From contig NC_068995.1 in the NCBI RefSeq assembly GCF_001194135.2, positions 19,353,564 through 19,417,563 on the forward strand: 64,000 bases of DNA. Direction: 5' to 3'. The position numbers were made by a program, and so were the translations under genes. This stretch comes from Octopus bimaculoides. Lineage: Eukaryota. Below the pieces are notes generated by a model. That model ran no database searches. It worked only from the letters and a program-made list of their open reading frames with translations, and was not told the DNA's origin. Positions 13,985 to 24,947 of the stretch are shown here, piece after piece; position 1 is the first letter of the stretch; each line of letters opens with the position of its first letter.

Positions 13985-14025
13985 AGGTTTCGCCGTGTAT
14001 GTCTCGTCGGCTTGACGCACCAAAC
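13985..14025 (-). ncRNA. Degenerate hammerhead-like motif
   Basis: Minus: CCGACGA-GACATACACGGC-GAAACCT. Stem II has one mismatch; stem I and the cleavage triplet are imperfect. Confidence 0.3.
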
Positions 14026-14149
14026 CTTTATATAAACATGTGTGTATGTATGTATGTATGTATGTATGTATGTATGTATGTATGTGTACATCTATGTGTA
14101 TGTGTATATATAGATATATACATAAACTTTTTTTATTAAAACTGCAAAA

Positions 14150-14195
14150 TTATCCTTGTTGCTCGGAGTATCACGTTCCCCTTCGTCGGATAGTT
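14150..14195 (-). ncRNA. Decayed hammerhead-like motif
   Basis: Minus: TAT-CCGACGA-AGGGG-AACGTGATA-CTCC-GAGCAAC; the GAAA half is damaged. Confidence 0.25.
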
Positions 14196-14562
14196 GTGAT
14201 AAATACTGAATTAAAATCATGATTACACGTGTGGGATGTGATTACAAATACACGAATAGGCATGTGAATTTTATAAGATGATAGTATTTTTCAACATCTA
14301 ACAGTATTCGCCAACTATTTTCCGACGTTGTTTTGCACTGTTGTACTCGAAATTTGATCTCATTTTAAATTACATTAAAAAAAAGCAAAAACTTTAAAAT
14401 CCACTTTTCATATTCGAAATAATATCTCACAGAAACTTTTCCTGCAAAGTTATTCAGTAAAGAGATTATAAATACATCCGTATTCAGAAGAATAATATAA
14501 TGATATAATGACATAAAGCTAATGGACGCTCCAACACAGACGTGTATGTGTGTGTGTGTATG

Positions 14563-14616
<54 letters not shown>

Positions 14617-15236
14617 CAGACAAACATACATACATACAGACATACATACGTATATATACATGCATATATATATAGAAATGTATATATGTATATATGTATG
14701 TGTAAAAAATTTCAAAGGAAAGGAAAAGATTTAATTATTTCCATTATACAATGTTCTCAAAGTTATTGCTTCAAAGCACGTGAAGTAATTCGTTAAGGTG
14801 CATAAGAACAACTTCTTGTTACCTCCGCCCATCATTACTATGACAAAACTATTAGCATTCATGCGAATGTGTCCTACCCAATATGAACTGTTGTATCTTC
14901 TATTGTTCAGCTTGGCTATTTTTCTTACTTTTGATTAATTAAATGTCAAATTTTGGCAATATAAATTGCCTGAAGTTCATAAAGTGTATAACATTTAAAT
15001 AACACACTAGATTCCTTGCCGCTTGTTCTTTACTTAGACAAAGATTTCCTCTCAATGGAAGGTCGCTTGTAGGCACGTGAAGCGATGCCTATGAAGGCAC
15101 TGCAGCGGATAATGATGATGATGATGATGATCATGATCATGATCATGATAATGATTGTAGTGGTGGTGGTGGTGGTGAAAAGGATGTAGTTGTTCTTAAT
15201 ATTATAAATGTTTTAGTCTCATTTTTAAAAACATGA

Positions 15237-15326
15237 TGGTGACGAGCTGGCAGAATCGTTAGCACGCCGAGCGAAATGCATAGCAGCGTTTCGTCCGTCT
15301 TGACGTTTTAGGTTCAAATTCCACCG
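15237..15326 (+). mobile_element. SINE family A, 5' half
   Basis: gagctggcagaatcgttagcacgccgagcgaaatgc...ggttcaaattcc. Confidence 0.8.
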
Positions 15327-15409
15327 TTTTAAGGCACTGTCCCCATCTTAGGCACTGTCCCTGTTAACTACACTGCACAGCATGTACATTTCGTCTCTTT
15401 TCCCTCTTT

Positions 15410-16130
15410 CAGCCCATTCCGTCCGAAGTCATCGAAAATGGTACTATCTTAACCTTATATACATTCATCTGTTTTATCTCTTTAGCAAGTCTATTATACT
15501 TTTGTATTTCTGCCATTTCTACTTCGTTCAGTTTTTTGTCGATGCTATTTCGATTTCGATAATTATTGTTTCTTTTCTTTCGTGGTCAAATATTGTAATA
15601 CCGGGTTTATTGTTTTCTATGTGGTTTGGTATTTTTAGTGGGCTGGCTACTAAAATCTTAACCTTTTCATTTGTTACCTTTTCTATTTGCACGTTTCTGA
15701 TTTTCCGGTTTTATGATATGTTATACTGCTGTAGTAGGTTCTCAAAGATTATTTTGGTTATCTCATCGTGTCTCTCTTGATATTTCGTGTGTACTATTTT
15801 TCCTCATTGCATTGCCATACGTTCAATATTTCCTTTGTTTTTTTTTTACAATATTTGCATGCCTTTTTTGTTCCATAGTAATTGTTTCTGTCTTGTAAAT
15901 ACTGTAAAATATTTTTTATCTAACATTGAGCATTTGCTTTGTCTTATAATTTTTAACGTCTCTCTTTTTGACATTGCTTCCTCATCCCGGTGCTTACAGT
16001 ATTCACCGTGTATTTCTTTGTGTGATTGTTCCTTAATTATTTTTCTCCTCGTATTTTTTGTATTCATTGACATTATTGATTTTATTTTTTACGCATTCTC
16101 TTTTTTATTTCCGCAATATCGTAACCCATA
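15410..16130 (-). mobile_element. R4/Dong-clade non-LTR retrotransposon C-terminal fragment (zinc knuckle + RLE), frameshifted
   Basis: Minus translation: KEIHGEY...ACKYCKKNKGNIERMAMQ*GK...YQERHDEITKIIFENL...NNKPGITIFDHERKETIIIEIEI...KYNRLAKEIKQM. These are decayed CCHC, RHD and PD-(D/E)xK motifs of RLE-type elements. Confidence 0.75.
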
Positions 16131-16132
16131 CA

Positions 16133-16135
<3 letters not shown>

Positions 16136-16223
<88 letters not shown>

Positions 16224-16478
16224 TTTACCGATGGTGAAATTTACCATGGTGAGATATACAGTGGTGTAATTTACCTATGGTGAAATTTACTTGGTGGAAT
16301 TTTCCGTGGTGGAATTTACGGTCATCCATTCATATATATATATATATATATATACACGCATACACGCACACACAGAGGCGCACGCGCACACACACGTACT
16401 TACGTATATATCTATGTATGAAAATATACAGACATACTATTATTGTTATTATTATTATTGTCATTATTATCATTATTA

Positions 16479-16540
<62 letters not shown>

Positions 16541-16550
16541 TATCATTATT
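16136..16550. repeat. (AAT)n and (TAT)n microsatellites
   Basis: 16136-16222 and 16438-16550. Confidence 0.95.
16224..16321. repeat. Minisatellite of ~15-16-bp unit ATGGTGAAATTTACC (~6 units)
   Basis: Visible degenerate tandem units. Confidence 0.85.
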
Positions 16551-16562
16551 ATTCTGTCGTTT

Positions 16563-16740
16563 AGGTATAGTAATACTGAAAACCTGGCGTTAGAACTCAA
16601 TATACTTATGCATCAGAACAAAGCGTCTGTCGGGTAGAGAACAGAAACTAAAATGACAACAGAAAAGAAATAGTGATTAATTTTATTAGGTTACAGCTGC
16701 TTTTACTATATGTTGCAATGAACTCTTAGTTGAATAGCGT
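16563..16740. mobile_element. Old repeat homologous to 49022-49190, probable Penelope-like terminal remnant
   Basis: aacctggcgttagaactcaatatacttatg...gtcgggtagagaac aligns with aacctggtgtagaactcaaaatacatatg...gtcgagtagagagc. Both carry a decayed GAAACAGCTGTA-like HHR half on the minus strand. Confidence 0.45.
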
Positions 16741-17111
16741 ATAGCTTCAAAGATGAAAAGTACTTTTATTTGGGGAATGTATAAATGCAGAAAATGTTTA
16801 CCAACGAAAACCACATAATTGTATGTATGCAATGAATGCAAGGCGTTTACTTGGGAGAAGAATCTCTTATAAATGGAACAACATTTCATNNNNNNNNNNN
16901 NNNNNNNNNNNNNNNNNNNNNNNNNNNNNNNNNNNNNNNNNNNNNNNNNNNNNNNNNNNNNNNNNNNNNNNNNNNNNNNNNNNNNNNNNNNNNNNNNNNN
17001 NNNNNNNNNNNNNNNNNNNNNNNNNNNNNNNNNNNNNNNNNNNNNNNNNNNNNNNNNNNNNNNNNNNNNNNNNNNNNNNNNNNNNNNNNNNNNNNNNNNN
17101 NNNNNNNNNNN

Positions 17112-17170
<59 letters not shown>

Positions 17171-17284
17171 AGGATAAGTATATTAAGAATTCCTATGGAA
17201 AGAAGTAAAATTAAATTGGTAAAAATTATGTTCTGGGAATAATGATAGATCGAAAATGAGAGAAACCAAGAGAATGATATATAT

Positions 17285-17715
17285 ACAGGGTGCGGTGAAT
17301 AAACTGTCTATCTCAATTTAACAGATATATTTAGCAAAATTACATAGAAATATCTTCAAATACTAAAGTGTAAATTTATTCAATAAAATCGCCATTGGCT
17401 TCAACTACAGCCTCTAGACGAGTTCGGAATCTTCTGCAACTCTTCTGTACCGTCTCCATTTTTTAAGTTGGTGAATGCTGTCATAATTCTTGCCTTCATT
17501 TCATCTTTGGTGTTACAAGGAATTTTGTTGGTCTCTTGCTCAACTGCACCTTTCACATAATAATGAAGTGGGTTGCAGTCTAGGGAGTAAGGTGGTCAGA
17601 TGTTAGAGGTGATGTGGTCGAAGAAATTGACTGAGAGGCCATGATTGTCTTCTCCTGATTGTGTAGAATGGTGCAGTCCTGCTGCCAGACATAGCGTCTT
17701 CCAACAGCCACATTT
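17285..17715 (-). mobile_element. Tc1/mariner (maT/DD37D-like) transposase 3' remnant with TIR end
   Basis: Minus: YVWQQD...NI*PPYSLDCNPLHYYVKGAVEQETNK...FRTRLEAVVEANGDFIE* (stop 17376-17378); TA+CAGGGTG terminus at 17283-17291. Confidence 0.85.
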
Positions 17716-18612
17716 ATGACATACACACATACATTCATACACACGCACTCACCTACACATCCATCCACCCATCCATCCATCCATACATACATACATACAT
17801 ACATACATACATACAAAGGATTGAAATATAACGAATAAAAGAAATGTATACGTATCCGCTTTACAATTTAATATAATATAAATATAAATGCATGTTTAAA
17901 GTTAAAGCGATTCTCTCCCCCTCAGTAGTACACAGCTACGCAAGTTTTCATACAGACAAGCATATAAATACATACGCATATACGTATATANNNNNNNNNN
18001 NNNNNNNNNNNNNNNNNNNNNNNNNNNNNNNNNNNNNNNNNNNNNNNNNNNNNNNNNNNNNNNNNNNNNNNNNNNNNNNNNNNNNNNNNNNNNNNNNNNN
18101 NNNNNNNNNNNNNNNNNNNNNNNNNNNNNNNNNNNNNNNNNNNNNNNNNNNNNNNNNNNNNNNNNNNNNNNNNNNNNNNNNNNNNNNNNNNNNNNNNNNN
18201 NNNNNNNNNNNNNNNNNNNNNNNNNNNNNNNNNNNNNNNNNNNNNNNNNNNNNNNNNNNNNNNNNNNNNNNNNNNNNNNNNNNNNNNNNNNNNNNNNNNN
18301 NNNNNNNNNNNNNNNNNNNNNNNNNNNNNNNNNNNNNNNNNNNNNNNNNNNNNNNNNNNNNNNNNNNNNNNNNNNNNNNNNNNNNNNNNNNNNNNNNNNN
18401 NNNNNNNNNNNNNNNNNNNNNNNNNNNNNNNNNNNNNNNNNNNNNNNNNNNNNNNNNNNNNNNNNNNNNNNNNNNNNNNNNNNNNNNNNNNNNNNNNNNN
18501 NNNNNNNNNNNNNNNNNNNNNNNNNNNNNNNNNNNNNNNNNNNNNNNNNNNNNNNNNNNNNNNNNNNNNNNNNNNNNNNNNNNNNNNNNNNNNNNNNNNN
18601 NNNNNNNNNNNN

Positions 18613-18647
<35 letters not shown>

Positions 18648-19019
18648 AATCGGTTATACAAGCTGCAAATATTCCCAATTACCATTTGCTTCTAACGGAA
18701 GTTCAAATGTCTGATTGCTATTCCTTCACAGATAACACAGTGTAACCGAATTGATACCCTTAGTTTATCAAATGCCTATCTCGTAAACTATTCATGCAGA
18801 ATTCCCTTCACCTCAGTGGATCTTTTATTTTAAACACGTCGATATAGGAAGCAACTATAATAATCCTCAACATTATTGAATGGAATCACACGGAACTCAA
18901 AGAGAACACTTACAAAAGACAATATTATCAGTATTCATACTCATTTTCATGGAAATTCAGAGAATCCACACAGATATGCACGCATACATTCATGAATATA
19001 TTTATAGGCATATATAAGT

Positions 19020-19072
19020 ACATCTATCTGTCTATCTATCTATCTATCTATCCATCTATCTATCTATCTATA

Positions 19073-19120
<48 letters not shown>

Positions 19121-19208
19121 AATCTATCTATCTATCTATTTATTTATCTATCTATCTATCTATCATCATTATAATCGATTAACTTTCGCCTTTCATGCTG
19201 GCATGGGA

Positions 19209-19278
<70 letters not shown>
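19020..19278. repeat. (TCTA)n, (AT)n, (GT)n microsatellites
   Basis: Direct reading. Confidence 0.95.
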
Positions 19279-20049
19279 NNNNNNNNNNNNNNNNNNNNNN
19301 NNNNNNNNNNNNNNNNNNNNNNNNNNNNNNNNNNNNNNNNNNNNNNNNNNNNNNNNNNNNNNNNNNNNNNNNNNNNNNNNNNNNNNNNNNNNNNNNNNNN
19401 NNNNNNNNNNNNNNNNNNNNNNNNNNNNNNNNNNNNNNNNNNNNNNNNNNNNNNNNNNNNNNNNNNNNNNNNNNNNNNNNNNNNNNNNNNNNNNNNNNNN
19501 NNNNNNNNNNNNNNNNNNNNNNNNNNNNNNNNNNNNNNNNNNNNNNNNNNNNNNNNNNNNNNNNNNNNNNNNNNNNNNNNNNNNNNNNNNNNNNNNNNNN
19601 NNNNNNNNNNNNNNNNNNNNNNNNNNNNNNNNNNNNNNNNNNNNNNNNNNNNNNNNNNNNNNNNNNNNNNNNNNNNNNNNNNNNNNNNNNNNNNNNNNNN
19701 NNNNNNNNNNNNNNNNNNNNNNNNNNNNNNNNNNNNNNNNNNNNNNNNNNNNNNNNNNNNNNNNNNNNNNNNNNNNNNNNNNNNNNNNNNNNNNNNNNNN
19801 NNNNNNNNNNNNNNNNNNNNNNNNNNNNNNNNNNNNNNNNNNNNNNNNNNNNNNNNNNNNNNNNNNNNNNNNNNNNNNNNNNNNNNNNNNNNNNNNNNNN
19901 NNNNNNNNNNNNNNNNNNNNNNNNNNNNNNNNNNNNNNNNNNNNNNNNNNNNNNNNNNNNNNNNNNNNNNNNNNNNNNNNNNNNNNNNNNNNNNNNNNNN
20001 NNNNNNNNNNNNNNNNNNNNNNNNNNNNNNNNNNNNNNNNNNNNNNNNN

Positions 20050-20088
<39 letters not shown>

Positions 20089-21182
20089 GTATAGTTTTGT
20101 CAAAGAACTGTAGCCCTTTGAGGTATGCTAGCATCGTAGCTCCCCGGTTTCTATTGGTGTTCAGTGAATACTAAGTATATTACTTTTCCATTGATATATA
20201 TAGGTATTTAAAATACCTATATATATCAAAGGAAATGGAGCCACACAAAATGAAGTCCCTAGCTCAAGACATAAAACGAGTCTTTTCCGTATATCGAACC
20301 AGTGACTATACTATCGCGAAATCAAAAGCTGAATTAATCTAATAAATCTCTGCAAGTTGTTTATGTTTAGAGTTGTGGCTATGCTTGTGTATATGTGAAC
20401 ATGTGTCAATATATTTTAAACATGTAATAACGCCTTTCATAAAGAGCCATTGACATAGTTTTGAAAATTGTCGTACTTAAATTAGCTGACGAATTTAACA
20501 AGCATTTGAAAACTGCGTATATTGCCTGTTTTACATCGAATATTTAAAAGTACATTGCATGATGTGTCACGCTAAAAAAGGATATATCAATAAAATTTCA
20601 TATAAGTTGAATTGATTTACTCAACATTTTAGCTTGAAATACATTTACATAATAATATTACTAGGCATAGCTAATTACATATACACAAGATCTAAAATCT
20701 ATATGTCCGTTTATACGAAGCATGTAGATGAATCCATGCATGGCATGTGATGAAGCATTGATGCTTAAATTTATGTATACAAATATATATGTATTTATGT
20801 GAATATATATATAATTTTCTATGTAGGTGTGTATAAGGTGTGTATATATGTGTTCAAATACACAGGAAATAAACACTCCCAAACCTTCTCCAAACATGTA
20901 TATTAAAGTTTCTCGTACATGAATGAATGTTCGGATGAATAGATCGTTTATGTGTGAGTGTGAGTGTGTGTACAAAAATATGTAGACACATTTATATACG
21001 TGCCTGTGTGTGTATGTTTATATGTCTGTGTATGTGTATGTGCGTAAGCATTTGTGATATGAGATGTGTGAATGTGGTTTTAAAATATTATATATGTATA
21101 TATATACTCATATATATTTAAATGTATATATCTTTCATAGTTAACAACAACAGCAACAGCAACAACAACAACAACAATAATA

Positions 21183-21252
<70 letters not shown>

Positions 21253-21259
21253 ATGATTA

Positions 21260-21739
21260 GAGGGTTGCCGTGGACTTTTACAACTGGAATTAACATTGAA
21301 TATTGCCACAATTGTTTTAAACACCTAGCTGAAAAATTCTGATGACTGGATAGTGAAACTTGTCTCGAAGCGTTAAAATAAGAAAGAATCATATTCAGTA
21401 ATAAAGCAAGCAAAGGAATATATAAGTGAGTTCCAAATACAACAAAAACCAGTGTCAGTCGTACTAGAAACAAGCATACAAAAGGCTAATCGCATGGAAG
21501 CCCGTGCTCAAACGGTTGCCTTAGATATTCTTACTGATAAATGGCAAGAAAAACCTCTCAATGGCAAATACCAAAAGAGAGCCAATAGTGCCAAAGTTGA
21601 CAAAGCTCTTAGCCATCAATGGTTAGTTTGTTTTGTCTTAACATTAGAGGGGTTTATCGTAGCAGCCCAATATCAATGCCTACCTATAAGAAACTACCAG
21701 GCCAACGTATTAAGAACGGCCAGCAGTAGCCCAAAATGA
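21260..21739 (+). mobile_element. R4/Dong-clade non-LTR fragment (post-RT region)
   Basis: EGCRGLLQLE...KWQEKPLNGKY...LSHQWL...EGFIVAAQYQCLPIRNYQANVL; two in-frame stops; flanked by (TAA)n. Confidence 0.85.
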
Positions 21740-22069
21740 TGATCATGATCATGATATTCATTATCATAATAATAATAATAATAACAAAATAGTAATTTCC
21801 TCATTATTATCTTCATTAAAAGCCCTCTTTTAATTGTCATTTTCATTCTCGACTACTCTGGCCACGACGTCTTCGTCGTCATCATCCTTGTCAATAAACA
21901 TCATCATTGACTGCCTCAGCGAATGTCCGTTTAAGCCAGAGCTTTGTGAATGTATACTTTATAACAACATTATATCCTAGGAGGTTTTTTTTTCGTTTGT
22001 CTTACAGTATGCTTGGATTCAGTACAGTACTTTGGATAAAATTTGTATACATTTATATGTAGTTATTAC

Positions 22070-22107
22070 CTGTATATTTTACAAATTAGACATTCAGCTT
22101 GTTCTTT
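22070..22107 (-). CDS. Candidate internal exon (38 nt)
   Basis: Acceptor acttattttttaaaccag, donor CAG|GTAATA; single open frame KEQAECLICKIY. Confidence 0.3.
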
Positions 22108-22878
22108 CTGGTTTAAAAAATAAGTCGTCTGATGTAGAAGAAAGATGTACTAAAGATAATGGTTAAAGCGTTTACTTCAATAAAATCTCACGCACGCCCT
22201 ATTTCATTTTCAAGCAAATTTCGCAACAGATTTTATTTCAATAACACTTCAGAAAAGTATAATATGTCGTCTTTTCAAGCCCCAAACCATACACTTGCGC
22301 AATAGGAGACACTAGCGAATGAAGAAACATTTATCTGAAGACAAATTACAAATTAAAAAAATTAAGTATTGGATTTTCGACAAAAACATGTATATCACAC
22401 TTTTGTAAACATTGATGGGCATTAGATGTTTGCTAAAATAAACATATTAAAAAACAAAAAGAAATGCATGAAAAATATATTATCGGCAACAATGTTTCTT
22501 TGCTAACGAATTCATCCTGGAATGAGCAAAGAAGAATATGGGGTGTTGTTCTTTCTCGGAAACTTATAAATTACTCTGAGTTTCCGGAACGTAAAAAAAG
22601 ATCAGGTGTAGATCATCTAGAAAAATGTGCTTCGCATTATGACTGAAAATACCTGAAAATAGAACAACACGCCTATATAGAATTTGCTTCTACAGTACAT
22701 AGGGGGTGGAAAAAGATCAATAAGATGCAAGCCTCAGATGACTAGAAGCGTGGTATTACGTGTGACATCAATGTTTTCTAACCAGCAAAAGGAAACAGAA
22801 ATCCAGAGCTGAAGACACCAGGAGACACTGCAGAAACAACGGCATCCTCAAGAAATTTATACTGTTGCTGCTCTTTAC

Positions 22879-22989
22879 CTCTTTCAAGCAGCCAGTTAAC
22901 CGCATTGGTAGGAAAATAAATAAATTCATACTCGAAAGACGGACTCGATACATGATATTGAGAAGTGAGGGGTCGCTAACGCACATCAG
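22879..22989 (-). CDS. Candidate exon (111 nt)
   Basis: Acceptor ttctgttgattgcctcttgtag, donor GAG|GTAAAG; open in phase 0-0 only. Confidence 0.25.
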
Positions 22990-23462
22990 CTACAAGAGGC
23001 AATCAACAGAAGGATTTTGGCGTAGTTAAGAGAAAAACGTGAATGAATCTAAAATAAGCAACCAAGAACCCGAGTCTACATCACGAAGATACACCTGAGC
23101 TATGCTGTAATTTCAAGATGCACTATAGTTAATTTCATTTAAAGCTGGTCTTAATGGGGATGGAACCAATTCGTACTGATTAAGAAAGGGACTATGGGCA
23201 AGTATCAGGTATTCCTATACAATATGTGTTTGTGTGTGTACAACAAGATACTATAACGATAAATTAATATGTCAAATACGTTATAATATACATGGCTAAA
23301 GCAATTAAAGACTCCAAAAGGTACAATACATAAATAAGGGGGCAAAAAACACCTACAACTGCTAGAAACCAGAGCTAAAAATACAACTCAAATAGCCACA
23401 CAAAGTCATTAACCTCATCAGATGTTCAATATATACACAACATTATTAGTAGCATAATTATT

Positions 23463-23677
23463 AAGGCGGTGAGCAAGAAGAATCGTTTGAACGCCCGGGT
23501 TGATGCTAAGCGGAATTTCGTCCGTCTTCATGTTCTGAGTTCAAATTCCAGCAACGTCCGCTTTGCTTCTGATCATTTCAGGGTCGATAAAATAAATACG
23601 ATTTCCATAATGGGGTTGACGTAACAGACTTATCCCTTCGCCCGAAATTGCTAGCCTTGCGCTAAAATTTGAAATCA
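23463..23677 (+). mobile_element. SINE family A, full length
   Basis: Head to tail matches other copies. Confidence 0.85.
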
Positions 23678-23875
23678 TTATTATAATTCCATTAATATTA
23701 AAATAATTCCTGTTAAGTATCTAGCTTTTGTTCCTTTCCATTAAACAGCATTCTTTACTAAGACGCATTTTATACATCTGTTTATGTGAGTACTAATATA
23801 TATATATATATATATATAAGCAATGTTAATTCTCTAAATGAAGTATTAACAGTAACTGCACGATAAAGTGTAGTA

Positions 23876-24145
23876 TATTGCCACTTAAGTGTGGCTGACC
23901 CCTAGGGGTGGATGTTACTGTTGCTTTTAGCCCCAGGAGGACATCTCCTCCAGCTGGCTTATCGACACACGACTGTGTCCTGTTTGCCAAGGGAAGTTAT
24001 CCCTCTCACCTCGATCTGCAGCACGAACGTATCCGGATTTCAGGGTTATTTCCCTTCGTCGGCGCCCGATTGCTTGTTTTCACCTTTTCGATATCAGTGA
24101 AGAATTTCACTGGAAAAGAAGATATAAGATTGCCAGGTTTTTGTC
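23876..24145 (-). mobile_element. HHR-bearing, highly structured non-coding element (retrozyme / Penelope-like terminal repeat candidate), truncated by gap
   Basis: GC-richer island containing the HHR plus perfect hairpins at 24095-24112, 23990-24004, 23964-23979 and 23936-23951 and a palindrome at 23898-23909. No meaningful ORF. Abuts N-gap 24146-24897. Confidence 0.55.
24024..24068 (-). ncRNA. Type I hammerhead ribozyme motif with U4C core variant
   Basis: Minus strand reads CGGGCG-CCGACGA-AGGG/AAATAA/CCCT-GAAA-TCCGG-ATA-CGTTCG. Stem I has 6 bp (2 GU), stem II has 4 WC bp, stem III is the palindrome AUCCGGAU, and the AUA cleavage triplet puts the predicted cut 3' of 24030. The only departure from CUGANGA/GAAA/NUH is U4C. 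Confidence 0.75.
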
Positions 24146-24897
24146 NNNNNNNNNNNNNNNNNNNNNNNNNNNNNNNNNNNNNNNNNNNNNNNNNNNNNNN
24201 NNNNNNNNNNNNNNNNNNNNNNNNNNNNNNNNNNNNNNNNNNNNNNNNNNNNNNNNNNNNNNNNNNNNNNNNNNNNNNNNNNNNNNNNNNNNNNNNNNNN
24301 NNNNNNNNNNNNNNNNNNNNNNNNNNNNNNNNNNNNNNNNNNNNNNNNNNNNNNNNNNNNNNNNNNNNNNNNNNNNNNNNNNNNNNNNNNNNNNNNNNNN
24401 NNNNNNNNNNNNNNNNNNNNNNNNNNNNNNNNNNNNNNNNNNNNNNNNNNNNNNNNNNNNNNNNNNNNNNNNNNNNNNNNNNNNNNNNNNNNNNNNNNNN
24501 NNNNNNNNNNNNNNNNNNNNNNNNNNNNNNNNNNNNNNNNNNNNNNNNNNNNNNNNNNNNNNNNNNNNNNNNNNNNNNNNNNNNNNNNNNNNNNNNNNNN
24601 NNNNNNNNNNNNNNNNNNNNNNNNNNNNNNNNNNNNNNNNNNNNNNNNNNNNNNNNNNNNNNNNNNNNNNNNNNNNNNNNNNNNNNNNNNNNNNNNNNNN
24701 NNNNNNNNNNNNNNNNNNNNNNNNNNNNNNNNNNNNNNNNNNNNNNNNNNNNNNNNNNNNNNNNNNNNNNNNNNNNNNNNNNNNNNNNNNNNNNNNNNNN
24801 NNNNNNNNNNNNNNNNNNNNNNNNNNNNNNNNNNNNNNNNNNNNNNNNNNNNNNNNNNNNNNNNNNNNNNNNNNNNNNNNNNNNNNNNNNNNNNNNN
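24146..24897. other. Assembly gap adjoining the HHR element
   Basis: N-run; the left side is non-microsatellite sequence of the HHR element. Confidence 0.99.

Positions 24898-24947
<50 letters not shown>

Noticed and set aside
15382-16269. Plus-strand hydrophobic ORFs (132 and 160 aa)
   Set aside because: Antisense shadows of the A-rich R4/Dong fragment.
21344-21378. CTGATGA-ctggatagt-GAAAC-tt-GTC hammerhead look-alike
   Set aside because: Lies inside the R4 ORF (SDDWIVKLVS); stem II closing pair and stem I do not form.
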